DNA of 64,000 nt. It comes from Phoronis australis. Lineage: Eukaryota > Animalia > Phoronida. Positions within the stretch are counted from its first letter, which is position 1. Every line of letters begins with the position of its first letter. The translations under genes and the position numbers were made by a program. The DNA is taken from NCBI GenBank assembly GCA_002633005.1, contig NMRA01000054.1:990084-1054083 (forward strand), in the 5' to 3' direction. The notes beneath the pieces are model-generated. The model saw only the letters and a program-made list of their open reading frames with translations. It had not been told where the DNA came from and did no database searches. Shown in pieces: positions 1 to 12,022 of this stretch.

Positions 1-322
1 AGAATATGAATTCCAACCATACTCGACCACTCTTGCAAGTGACCAGAAAAATCATGGAATCTCGCCATGTGCCAATTAGTTACTTGCACAAAAAATTGTT
101 CCTAGTAAACAATCCTTGGGTTTGGTTCCAGTAAAGGTTCTGTGGTGAGGGTGTTTTTGTGCGTGGTAAGCCCTTTTGTGATGTATGGTAATGGTGCACG
201 CCCATGGTTAAGTCGTTTCCATACCGATTTAATGGAAAACTTTACATGCCCTTGACTACAAGTCATTTTATGAAACCACTCATTTTTCCTCGTTTTAAAT
301 TCGTTGCGACTTTCTATTCTAG

Positions 323-478
323 TTAACACCCAAACACAAGTCTAATATAAGCAAGGCTCGCTCGCCTGTAGGTGGCAGCAGTGGCAAGTCAACGTCAAGC
401 AATGCTAGTCCATCCCGACCACCAGGTAGCACCACCATCACACCAGCATCGACTACTCCAAGACAAAAGAAGAAGTAG
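323..478 (+). CDS. Terminal coding exon of an unidentified gene starting upstream of the window (LTPKHKSNISKARSPVGGSSGKSTSSNASPSRPPGSTTITPASTTPRQKKK*)
   Basis: Pyrimidine tract + AG acceptor (tttctattctag) at 321-322; 52 open codons of Ser/Thr/Pro-rich sequence ending in TAG; followed by ~2 kb UTR-like AT-rich DNA with AATAAA at 2489-2494. Confidence 0.6.
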   Translation, partial: LTPKHKSNISKARSPVGGSSGKSTSSNASPSRPPGSTTITPASTTPRQKKK

Positions 479-2605
479 CGTGGGTGGTATTGTCTCAAGT
501 GGCTTGATACATCAACTGGTGAACGCATAAGAGATGTCTGTGACGGTTGAACAGGCTTAAATATGACGAGTTGCTTGTGATGCTTCCAAGAGTATGACGT
601 GAGATGAAAGCTGGTGATTTTGGTCTCATTAAAGAGCAGTTTCATCTCAAATCAAAAGAAATCTAGACCTGTGTTATTTGATGAAGTGTTGAAAATTGTA
701 GTGAACATTCAATTAGTTCCGTAATAATTTGAACTGTTGTTATGATTCAGAACTAGACATGGGACAATGAGCATTACTAAAACGTACGTTGAAGGTTTGC
801 AACGATTATCCAAATGAACTAGTTATAATAATTTAGGCAACGTTCAATTTGTAGCCAACACCCGAATAGTGATAGTTCATTTTGTAAAGTGTTCATCACA
901 TGATGCGTTTAGTTTGTTTTAGTTTTAAACATGGTTGGCTTTCCCTACGTCAGTTCATCAACACGTCAATAGCTGATGCCAAGATGTAAAAACCAGTTTT
1001 TGGTGCAAAGACTGGCAAATGAAAAAATCAGTCCAATATTATTTCTGGCTTACAGGTCAACAGAAGATATTTTTAAGCAAGTTCAAGTATGCCTTTGTCA
1101 ACATAAATATTTTACAAAACTCAGTGTTTTCAAGATTAATTTTTTTAAACTTGCCAGTGTTCGTTTCACACTTTCATTTGCTGTGTTTAAGCTAGAGTGC
1201 TCGACACATATTTTGCTCTTGATATGGTTTGGATTAAAAAGATTGACGTACAAAACTAGTCAAGACAATACGAAGTGACCTCTGAACTATTGACGGTGTT
1301 ATTACTCAGTCAGGAATTCGTGTACATACGAGAGTTCACCGTAAATTAGCATGCATAGCCAATGTGCGTTTTCTCAAACGTGTATGACTAATGTGTACAA
1401 CATTGTGTAAAACATGTTGCAAGCTTCAACACTTGCTGTAGCTTTAGAGCTGTGAGTTTAGGAACAGACATCAAGCTTTGTGTCTTTGCAGCTGCCGTTT
1501 AGCACAAGTTCTCATCATTGAAGAGGACTTGGTACTGCGTAAATATGTGACCATTTTGAACTATGCAATTTAAAGCATCGCCAGGTTATGGAACCCTTTT
1601 GCATTTTACAACAGCATTTTTGTAAAACACAACTGCTCAATAACCAAGCTGCAGGAAGTCTTTTGAAGTGTCATGAACTTCGTTGCCACATCGTGTGCAC
1701 TTTAGACTAGTTTCTCACTTTTGCTTAATACGTCTTTCGAGTACATGCTGTTTGTAAATTTAATTATTTCCGTCCATCACTTGTCACTGTAAATACATTC
1801 ATTTCAATTAAGTCCGTTTTGAATACAAACAATTGTTTATTGTTCCGTTGCCTGTTAATGTTAATCTAACACACATGCCACTTTACTCAAACAAGTCGCA
1901 GAAGTTTTTAAGCTGGGGCTTTTTTATAAGCTTTCTTGCACGTAGCAGTATTTGGTCAGTGGGTCCATCGAGTGTCGTTTATTCTCACAGCCAGACCTAC
2001 AATTAGGGCTAGCAAAAATGTTTGTGTAGAATTAATGTACTCAGTAACAGGAGTATGGTGCCAAGTTGTGAACATGTTTCAACGTTTTAAAATGGAAGAA
2101 GCTTCACTGAGTGTATTTGTTAGTATTGCTGGCCCTCAATTGACCAATCTGCAAAGTTACATTCCTTCAAGTTAGGGACATGTGGTACATGTTGGCGATA
2201 CTGTTCATGACATTTAATGGCAAATCCTTGCAGTCATTTTTAATATCAAACATGATTAATGCCGCAGGACAGGATTCAAAGGCACTAAAAGTATATTAAT
2301 TTTGTCGTTGGTGACCTTAGAAAACACTTTGCCAAAAACATCAAAATATATGTCTGTGCCTTATCGCCAATAGCATACTGGAACTTTGTCTCAGTCTTCG
2401 TAAGATTGTCAGTGTTATCGTTAAATTTAGAATGTAATTAATGATTCTTTGCTTTCACCCAGACGCTGCTGTGGGCAAAACATGCTCAAATAAAACATGT
2501 TTTTATGGAAACCCCTGAGTTCTCTCATTTATCATGCTTTCACTTTGTTATATAAAGGATACATGAAGGTGCACCGAGCTTGGAGTATTTATTAGGCACC
2601 AGCGC

Positions 2606-2992
2606 CTGGTTGCATGAAACAGTCCCAAATAGGGACTCAACTAAGTTCCCTAAATCTTGAGTGTCTTGGTTTTGTTCTTAACTCACTGATGTATCTTTTT
2701 CTATCATTTTATCTTTGTTATGAGCTCCTCTTTGACTAAGACATTTTCTAATAATATAACTAAAAACTGAGCCCTCAATTAAGTCATAATAATTAGGGAC
2801 TTAGTTTACAGTTTATTTTTTAATAATATGAAGAATTCAACTTATGGTTTGCTTTCGATTTGTATCAAAGACAAAAATTGTCTCGAATAACATGATAAAG
2901 GACAATCAGTATTTTCACAAGCCCACAAATACGCAGTAGATTTAGGGAACTTAGTCGAGTCCCTATTTGGGACCTGTTCATGACACCGGGCA
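2606..2992. mobile_element. MITE-like element with ~50 bp terminal inverted repeats
   Basis: catgaaacagtcccaaatagggactcaactaagttccctaaatct near 2613-2657 is the near reverse complement of agatttagggaacttagtcgagtccctatttgggacctgttcatg near 2938-2982. Confidence 0.65.
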
Positions 2993-3425
2993 CAAGGACA
3001 TAAATGTGTAATACCTGCATTTGCAACTCGGTAATTCATTCATTCGTACTTGGCTAAATTTGACCAAGCTCGATCAAGTCTAACGGTAACTCTAACAATA
3101 ACTACATGCACACAACTTCAAATTATCTTTGCTTGAAATTTATCAGTAGCAGCACTTGCTTTGTACAGATAACAAGTAGTAGTTACAAAACTGCAGCATG
3201 AATGGCGAAATTTAATGTGTAACATTGTCTTGTTGAGTGATGAAGATGGAACATGTGGTTTGCAGATAACTGCCAAGGACTACAACACAGCACTGCTTTA
3301 CAAGCATATCTATATCCACACTAATGTGTCATGCAAATCATAACATAATATAAAAAACAGCAATATATGCATCTCCTTTTCAGGAAACTTAAAGACAGAT
3401 GACCACATATTAAAAACAACCCAGT

Positions 3426-6400
3426 TCAACTGCTTGCTTTCACAAAGCCCATTTTGGCAAATTTATTGGAATTTTCACTTTTCTGGTCATCCTTTTGTGG
3501 CTGGGCCATTTCATTGGTGACATTGGCATTGTCTCCTTCACTTCGGGCCGCAGCAGAAGCTACGATGTTGAGTTCTTCGTCCTTCGTTATAACTGCATCT
3601 GTGGCAGGTTCTTCTACCTGACTTTTAGGCTCCTCATGGAAACCTAAGAACATAAGAAATCAATTACCTGGAGAGGACAATTCTAGACTGTTTCCATATC
3701 TAAGCAAAATCTTATCCTGCAAGGTTGAAGAAAACAATGGCTAATAAAATACACAACATAAGAATCACAATCAAAAGACAATCTTAACTGATATTTGTTT
3801 TCCCAAAAAACACTAAACGAAAATATTTACGGCGGCACTTCACTAACCAAAATGTTTAAATAAGATTTTCACATCTCCTTTCTGATCAGTATTTTTTGTG
3901 CTTCAAATATAAGTTTTCCTTAGTCCATCTTTCGAGTATTTTTAGTCTTCCATCACCCTGCCCCAAGTAATCTGAGATGTGAACGTATGTCCGAAAAATT
4001 TTCTGTTTTTTCACTTTTCATTGTTGGAGGGCGCTGCTGCAAAAATGTTTTGTTTTTATAATTGATGATTTACGGTTGGTAACAGGAGGGGAAACAAATT
4101 TCATATACACCATAGCTGCTTCAGGATAAAAATGGACATGAAATTGTCTTTGCCATCACGGTTATGTTAAACACGGGCTCAGTTGTACACATTCCCAGAG
4201 TGGGATGTAAAATGTGACATCACATTTTCACAAAATTGAATTCATTTAAAAAGGTATTCATTTGCGCCCTTTCTGCAAAAAAAATAATTATCCAGTTGTC
4301 CAGTTAAAATATTACTTGGTGGTAAAAAATGGAAGAAGGTTGTTGTCCCCTTACTGCCAAAATGACAAACTATGCAACATCTATAACATTGTTTTAACAT
4401 AAAATTTAAGAATTTCCCAAGTTTCTCGAAAAAAGAATCTTTAATAAAAGATTTGTAATCTTACCAAACTTTATTGATTAACCTGAAAACTTAGTTTTTG
4501 ACATTGTTTGGACCTAACATGCTGTTTCAAAAGTTTATGCCTGTACGGTAAAATCTCACCAATTTAGGATACAATATGGCGGACACTTGAAATTTTATTC
4601 TCATTTCTTTCATAAGTTAAAGATATTTAGCATCCAATTAATGCTTTACCATGTTCACGTTCTGCCCAATAGCTACCACTGGAGAACATTTTGAAAACTT
4701 GTGGGCATTCAGAAAATGTTTGAAAACCTTGAAAAATGAAAAAAGGGTAATTTTGGTGATTATGTCAAAAATAGGTGAGATTTTATCGTAATCTGATCTA
4801 GTATTACCCAAGCCTCTGTGTCGTTTGATCCCCATAAGTTTGTGCTCCAGACTGTGAGTATATTGCTGCTCGAGGTCTTCGCTGAGTTTTTTACTGGAAC
4901 TGTCAGCTGAAATGGAGTTACAATTTTGATAGTTTAAAGAATTGTAGGGTCCACCAAAACAAAGTCTACCACAGCCAGTTCTGGAGAATGAATAAAACTT
5001 ATATCCGTCAACTTGTGTAAGGTGGACCTTCACAGAACTCAGACAGCATTATGTGGTACGGTTATTCTGGTTCATGCGCTCGACTGTTCAGGTAAGACAA
5101 TTTGTGCACTATTCCGAAGAAATCTTAGATCCGAGTTTTGCTGAAATTATTTCCTGTGACAATGTTGCAAGACAACACAAAAGATATGTGAATCTGCCAC
5201 TACTGATCTTTGCACTGTTAACTGAAGGACTTGTCAAGCCTCATCACAAGTTGTCATCACCATCAACATAGCATTCAGTGATGCACTCATTGAGGCAACA
5301 TAACCTTCACTTTCACTGCAATAATCACATGAGTATTGGATTCAAGTAAGGCCAAAACAGGACATTTAGTTCAGGAAACAAAAATTCATCTGATATCAGC
5401 TTCAGTGGTGCTGCAATGTCTTTTAACAAAAAATTCACCTAATATCAGCTATTAAATTTGCCATGCCAAAAGCCTTTTTACTTTTTTGACAAAATTCACA
5501 AATTAGCAGCTAAAATGATGCGTCGAAGCCTTCCGTAAAAAAATCTCAATTCTCATTTCAAAACTGATACGGGCATCAACCAGAAACAAACATGTTTTTG
5601 ACCTACCAACATAATAGAAAATGAATTTTAATACTTCAATTTATGAGTTAATTTGAGGATAACTTTGCCAAGATTATAAAAATGGGTGAATGAATCAATA
5701 AATAAACAAGTGCAATTACTATGAACAAGTAATTTAACACTATACAGTAAATGCTGAAATGCATGAAATTTATCACTTAATAGTCATTTTGAAAATGTGT
5801 GTTAAACAGAAGACTGATACCATGGTCTTTGTCTCTGACTACGCAGATTTCGTTAACAATGGTAACTACCTTAGGCATCCCCTTTTCAACATTTAGAAGA
5901 TATACATAAAAGCACGGCTCAAGACCAAATGCTGACTAGGTCTCAATAAGCAGGTGGAATTGTCCCAAGTTCTTATTCATACAAGTATTACCAGCCTTCA
6001 TGATGTGAAGAGTTTCTCTGATTCATCTGCCAGTGGTAAATCAATTTGAATTTGTGTCCAAGATGGAGCAGGTTCTCCGTCAATAACATTATTATTTTGT
6101 ATGGCACGGTCCATCCTATGGACAAGATGGATACTAACGTCCTTGTATTGTTTATAACATGCTTTACTCTGGCTGTCAAACTGTGTACATTGGAGAGGAT
6201 AATCAAAATCTGGGTACGTGCCTGTCTGAATACATGAAAGAATTGGAGTTAAAGAGCTCCAGTCATTTCACTCATAGTCACAGAGTTTCTGAGCGCAGCA
6301 ATCACAAATCATCTGCTGTCATTACTGACCATGCAAAATAACCATACTATTGACTGGGAAAATGTTTGTATCTTGGACAGAGATTCAAATCAACAAAACT

Positions 6401-8341
6401 AGTAATTCTTGCATGAATAGTGACCAGGGACAATTCCACCTGGATACGTCTTACAATTATGACCTAATCAACCAATTAGAGTCGTCGATCTCGCCGTGAA
6501 CTTAAATGTACCAAATCAACGCAATATCAGTTAGAGAATGGATGCTGATGAGAGTATCAGAAAATAATCATAGGTACAAAAAAATTTGTCCACGCGAAAA
6601 AGACCCTATCCTCTCTATACAACTTCCACTTGCAATTATAAATGTTGCGTACAGATTAAAACATTAAACAGAAAGGAAAAGCATGCGAATACTTACGAGC
6701 TGACCCTGTCGACGTATTGCTTTCCCCAATGATTATCTTTCCACTGTGACTTTTCTGAAAGGATTATTTAAACTAAACTAGTTTCAAAACAGTACAAGTA
6801 CAATTGGATACAACCACTCTACAAGACGGGGGCAGTATATACTGTATTCATGTTGAAAGAACGCACACATTTTTTGAGTTAAGAAATTCAAAATCAGCAA
6901 GTGGCGTTGAGCCAAGCATCTAAGACGAAATTTTGAAAATTCAGGTGAGACATCAACCGAAATCAAGTTTCCGTGTATTCATTGAAGTAGTCACCCAGTA
7001 TTTTTTTAAAGAACTTTAAATAAATAAATAAAAAAATAAATAAATGTATAAGTTGCTTAAGGTTATTCTTCATTTATTTTCCACAAAAAAAGTAATTGCT
7101 TTTCCATAATAATAGAGACTAGTAAAAGAACTGCACTGTCTAAAATTTTTCACACTCATACATGAGAGATGGATAAATACATTTCATATCAAAGCTGTTT
7201 GCCTCAAGTCATGATCACAGATAAAATTTATTAAAAACTCAGTTTACCTAATCAAAAAAAAAAATTCAATTCAAGTCAGAAATTATCAAAAAAAGGCAAT
7301 GCCATATCAACTACCGCACTGAGTTAAATCATCGCGGAATATATCAAAATTTCCATTACATACGAATAACTAAACAGTGACAAATATAAAGAGCAATAAA
7401 GCTTTCCCTGATCGAAGCACTTGCAAAGATTTTTTACCTTGCCTGCTCCCATAAGTTTTAAAAACTTCTGTTTACGGTCATCTCCACCCATGTCAGCATT
7501 TTCCCAGGCATTAGCCGAATGAACCTGAGGACAGTAACCAGAATACTCAACTATTTAAAGACAAAAGTCAGAAACAGATATGCAACAATAGCAAAAACAA
7601 CGTTACAGCAAATTAAGGTGTAGTGAATTCTAGTCTGATGATTAGTGTAATAATTGTTTTCGCTTGAAAGCTCCAACTTCTAGGCGATTGGCAATTAAAG
7701 CCGGTGCTAGTACCTGGCTACTCAGATTCGATTATCACTCGTGGGCAGATTCAACTAGGCAACTCCAACAGGCAAATACCACCCTATCAGGTGCAACTTG
7801 CATAGGGTCTATTTATTATGATAGAAAGCAAGCAACAGAGGTAGGCAGTACTCTATCTTAGATCACAGTTCTAGTATTCCATGATTTAGATGTGAACACT
7901 TGACCTACTAGTACACTGGCTGCAAAAAGCAAATGAGTGGTTGTACGTGACAAAGGAGCTAAGTATTCTGCAGCGTGGGCCAATTGTTGATTTCAACAAC
8001 GCCATGAAAAAATAACGATTATGTTATTGTTAACCGTTGTGAACGAGTTTCACTTAATTCCCTCTCCTCTTATCAAGCAATCTCCAATTGAATATGCGAA
8101 CCACTAGGCAAAATTTCTATTAGTGACATTCTTTAAAAACAACGTTAAACATGGTGGAAACCTGTGAGACGTCAACATCACCGGCGGAGCGCTTGCGACT
8201 TTTCGGGTCGTCTGTTCCTGTCGGCGTGGACGATACAACAGACTCAGATTCGGTTGCTTTATCTGTATCTTTACGATCACTTTGTGCTTTACAAGCACCC
8301 CCAGATAGTTCTTTGCTACTCTGAGTAGAAGAGTCGCACAT
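3426..8341 (-). CDS. C11orf58: Small acidic protein (SMAP/C11orf58 homolog), 5 exons: 8341-8162, 7524-7438, 6754-6697, 4906-4808, 3643-3426; 213 aa
   Basis: Spliced ORF with GT-AG sites and consistent phases (642 nt). Motifs [59 protein letters not shown] and C-terminal KMGFVKASS match the SMAP family as I recall it ([24 protein letters not shown]...GLGF...MMFVKSS). Confidence 0.93.
4544..4790. mobile_element. ~247 bp MITE with TACGGTA-type TIRs (Tc1/mariner-like, TA ends)
   Basis: tacggtaaaatctcacc...ggtgagattttatcgta; related copies at 54803-55046 and from ~53741. Confidence 0.7.
6160..6480 (+). mobile_element. Degenerate GIY-YIG endonuclease fragment of a Penelope-like retroelement
   Basis: CQTVYIGE...SSAVITDHAK*...HTIDWENVCILDRDSN resembles the PLE GIY-YIG region; contains stops and frameshifts. 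Confidence 0.6.
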
Positions 8342-8532
8342 TTTTCGAAGTATAGTAGGAAACCGTGGGGTAAAATTGGACGGAAAACCGCCAAAATGTC
8401 GAAAACCAGACTGTCAACAAGCACACTATTTCCGCTCAAGTGGCAGATTTTTAATAATTTCGACTAGAATGATCAATTCGATTGCTGGGGACCATTGAGT
8501 CAAGATACACCTTTATTTGCCAGATATAAAAA
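8342..8532. promoter_or_regulatory. Probable bidirectional promoter region between SMAP (-) and SPO16 (+)
   Basis: SMAP ATG at 8341; + strand donor sites at 8597 and 8770 that splice in frame to the SPO16 acceptor at 11998-11999; locally CpG-richer DNA. Confidence 0.5.
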
Positions 8533-8714
8533 ATGATGCTATTTCCAAGCATTTTGGAGCTTTCAACAAGCGAAAGACCTCAGGCAAGAAAAGATCGTAA
8601 GTGATCGTGAACTGCAAATGTCCAGTAGAGGTCTCTCACCTCAGTAACCAGTCAGAGACTGGAGGCCGACGGAGTGATGAGTACCCGTGATCAGGCCGCG
8701 GTTGTCCATAAAGG

Positions 8715-8769
8715 ATGAGGTCAACCGATGTTGTTAACCACCTGGAAAAAATCATGCTTCTGCATGATG
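8715..8769 (+). CDS. Candidate first coding exon of SPO16 (MRSTDVVNHLEKIMLLHD); alternative candidate 8533-8596 (MMLFPSILELSTSERPQARKD)
   Basis: Both end in phase 1 at strong donors (g|gtaagc, c|gtaagt) and join in frame to the exon starting at 12000 (TG GAA AGC AGG...AAA ATG). Confidence 0.45.
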
Positions 8770-10554
8770 GTAAGCTGTATGCTGGCTGTGATCACAAATG
8801 ACAATCAAAGGCAATGTGAATAAATATATAATAGGCCTACTTATGTTCAAACAATTAGATGTACGTTACGTCACGTTCAGAGCGCTAAAGGACACCCAGG
8901 CGTTGGTCCTATGGGATTGCCTACAGTATATCAAGCTCATTTTTAAATATGGTCTGAACTCATGATATTGTCAATGAAAAGTGTACATATCTTTAAAAAG
9001 ATCATCTTTTTTACAGTTTCTTATGAAATACCTTTGCCTCCGACTGCGGGGCGGGCGGGTGCTCTAGGCTAATGGTGGATTAATAAAGGAAATACCTTCT
9101 TTTCTCGTAATACTAATTTTCTTATAAAACGCCGTCATGCTTTCACATACATTGCGCCATTTTTAAAGTCCTCGTCAAAATGGGGTAAAGGGAATACTTG
9201 GGAACTTTTAGATGCGTGGGTTCAGTTTGCGAGTCATCGTTTCGTATTTAAACTTTGCTGTAATACGATTTGAAGCTCCCTCTGTCCTAAAATTACGAAC
9301 TGCATTCCGTTCATTTCTGAGTACGGTCTACCTGCGAAACACTGAAATAAAAAAGATGTCGAATTCTCTTGACCCAAAACTAGTTCTGGAAGGTTTAATA
9401 AACTTGACTTGTGGCAACAAAGAAGCAACTTTCGAAATACCAATGAAATGTTTAATAGAAACTTTTAAGGATATTAAAATAACCTTGATTCTACGACACA
9501 ATATTCAGTAGCCTAACGGGGTAAATATTAAAACAGATTTGTCAGATGATCATACTATCTGAGCAAGTTGCAGAAAGGCAATGTTTCGAATAGATGAAGG
9601 ATGGCCTTGCTCACAGTTTTTCAAAAGTCAAAAAGAATTATAAAAGGTGAATTAGATAAGTTTCGGTGCAGTGGTAAAAACAATAGATGCGCGTTAGGCT
9701 GCTTTAAGCAGAGACCGTTAGCGTCTTTGCTTTAAGTTTATCTCTCGTTTGTCAGAGTGGCGACTTGTTCTGGAAATTTAAGAATTTCGACTAAATTATT
9801 ATATTTTTTTGTGCTCAAGCTCTTTGTCTAATTTCTCTTTTAAAGTATTTAATTGGAAACCTTTTTCATTCAGTCAACAGCCTTTATTAGTAATGATAAA
9901 CTCTTCTTGACTCTCTTTTGAGATAGTCGATTATTATTCGAAGAAATTTTAAATAAGTAAATAAATTTTCGTCTGCTCTCACGCGTCACGGAGTCGTCTT
10001 AGTCTTATAATCAATAACTCTCGGTAATCTGGAACCTATTAACACAAGAAATAGGTGTTGTTCGGAGCCATTTATCTGAGTTTGGCACCTAACTTCATCC
10101 AAAAATTTTCACACGTGCCATCGGGATCTTGTGAATTTCAACTTCAAATGAGTATTATTCTCGTTCACGTTAACATCCGTGCATTGGCTACGTGCCCTCA
10201 CTTTTGGTCTTGGTTCACTGACTCTTGGTTATGATCCCATCAGTAACAGCCACATACACGCTCACTTCAGCTCCTCAAACACACGCAATTCGTTGCCTTG
10301 GCTTAAGTGATATGTAATGCCCTTGAAAATAGTGTCCACTACTGAGTTTTGCAAACTTAGGAACAGCATCATTTCTTAGAAATGACTACTCGGATTTTAC
10401 GAAACTTTCATATACCTTGCTCTATCACGCAATGTTCTGTAAAACGCGCTTAGCAATAATTGCTTTCAAACTACCAGTTTTGCATGATGCGCTCTTACTA
10501 AGAAGACTTATTGTGTTTGTGTGAAAGAAACAATACTAATAGTTGCATGAAACA

Positions 10555-10830
10555 AAGACGAAGTGATCATTTGGAAAACTGTAACATTATTTTTGAGATT
10601 GCATCTTGAACATGTCTATCAAGAGAAATTTGGTCGTGTTATTGATGCCGCTGTTTTGCTAGGGATGCACCTTTTTGCAAAATTTTACTGATGGTCACGT
10701 GACCCAATTATTACAAGATTCAGTGGCATAAATTCAAACATCAAGTTTTACGGGTATTCTACTCTCAGAAAACATATACTCTTGTACTGAGTTAAAATAC
10801 ATAATGTAGAAATTTTGCTAAATGTTCAAA
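10555..10830 (+). repeat. Dispersed repeat family copy; inverted copy at ~14215-14495, further copies at ~42060-42600 and ~60650-60800
   Basis: Shared blocks such as ttttgagattgcatcttgaacat...aaatttggtcgtgtt and gtactgagttaaaat; reverse complement seen at 14215-14495. Boundaries approximate. Confidence 0.6.
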
Positions 10831-10901
10831 TTAGTCAATAGGATCGTACACAAGTTCCGTGACTAACAATCACCACTATTGAACAGTTGTCTGTTTGTAT
10901 T

Positions 10902-11051
10902 CATAGTGGGGTGTAGGCGCACGTAGGCGCAGCCAACCCCCTTTTGGCATTTGAGCGTAGCGCCTACGCACCGTAAGTTACGTTCAGTGCTGAAGGTGAT
11001 GCGGCCGGGCTTTGGGCGCCTACTTACTCGAATTTTACAACTACAGCACTG
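10902..11051. mobile_element. hAT-like MITE (~150 bp), degraded left TIR; same family as 57519-57673
   Basis: Highly similar to 57519-57673; flanked by a near-identical 8 bp duplication tttgtatt/tttgcatt. Confidence 0.75.
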
Positions 11052-11565
11052 TTTGCATTCTGCTCGGTTCTTACATGAATAGTGGCTCACAGCATAGAAG
11101 GCGAGAGTTCTATGCTTATACAATTACGAAATGCAACTCCCTGCTCATTAACCCAAGACTGGCAGTTCGTGTAAACGCACGTTCTGTCTTTTCCCAGGCG
11201 ACTGCAACTAATCCCAGTTTTAGACGCAGCTTTATTCAGGCACATAGACCAAAAAACGGGCACATACTGTAAGAATCCAATGACAAGAGTTCCGCTCGGT
11301 TATAAGATTTTGTTCGGACTGTCGTAAAGGTTCGGTTACAACTCTTTAGTGAGTTCTGGTCGTGCACGTTGAATATCTAAGACGTAAGGTGCCAGGTAGT
11401 TTACGATTTGACCACACAAGTAGGCATAAAAGATAATTTTGTTTTTGAAAAATTGTTCACGTTCGTGCAGAAGAAAAGGCATGGATTATTCAAGGTTGGA
11501 GAGCGTTTCAAGTAGTTGTATTTTTGTTACCGTTTTCACAGAATAGGTTACGTGTGAACGAAAGC

Positions 11566-11875
11566 CCCGGGGAATCACTCATATTGACAAGGTGCCCGCA
11601 GGCGTGTACCAAAAATTGCTGGTAGCCCGTACTTTTTCAGCAAGTTTTGCGGGACCCGAGTGGAGTCCAATAGGTCCTAAATCTCCATTTCGTGCTCGCA
11701 AGAGGGGATGGAGCAGGAAAAAACTACCCCTCAAAAGGGGATGAGGCAGAAAAATCTACCCCGCAGGAGGCTGTGTGAATTAGCAGACCTGGCACCCGCA
11801 GTAAAAGGTCTCTCAGCAATTTTTGGTACACGCCTGCGGGCACCTTGTCAATATGAGAGACCCGCTCGGGACCGG
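11566..11875. mobile_element. MITE with a perfect 44 bp inverted repeat
   Basis: ctcatattgacaaggtgcccgcaggcgtgtaccaaaaattgctg (11578-11621) versus its exact reverse complement at 11814-11857; flanked by the direct repeat cgaaagc. Confidence 0.8.
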
Positions 11876-12022
11876 CGAAAGCATTATTGAAATTCATTCG
11901 TGTGCTGTAAAATCACTGCCTATGATTTTAGTTGTTAATTCATTTATTCTATTTGTTCATTTTGTTTCTTCTATCAAACTGTTCCACTTACAATCATAGT
12001 GGAAAGCAGGGCACTTGCTAAA

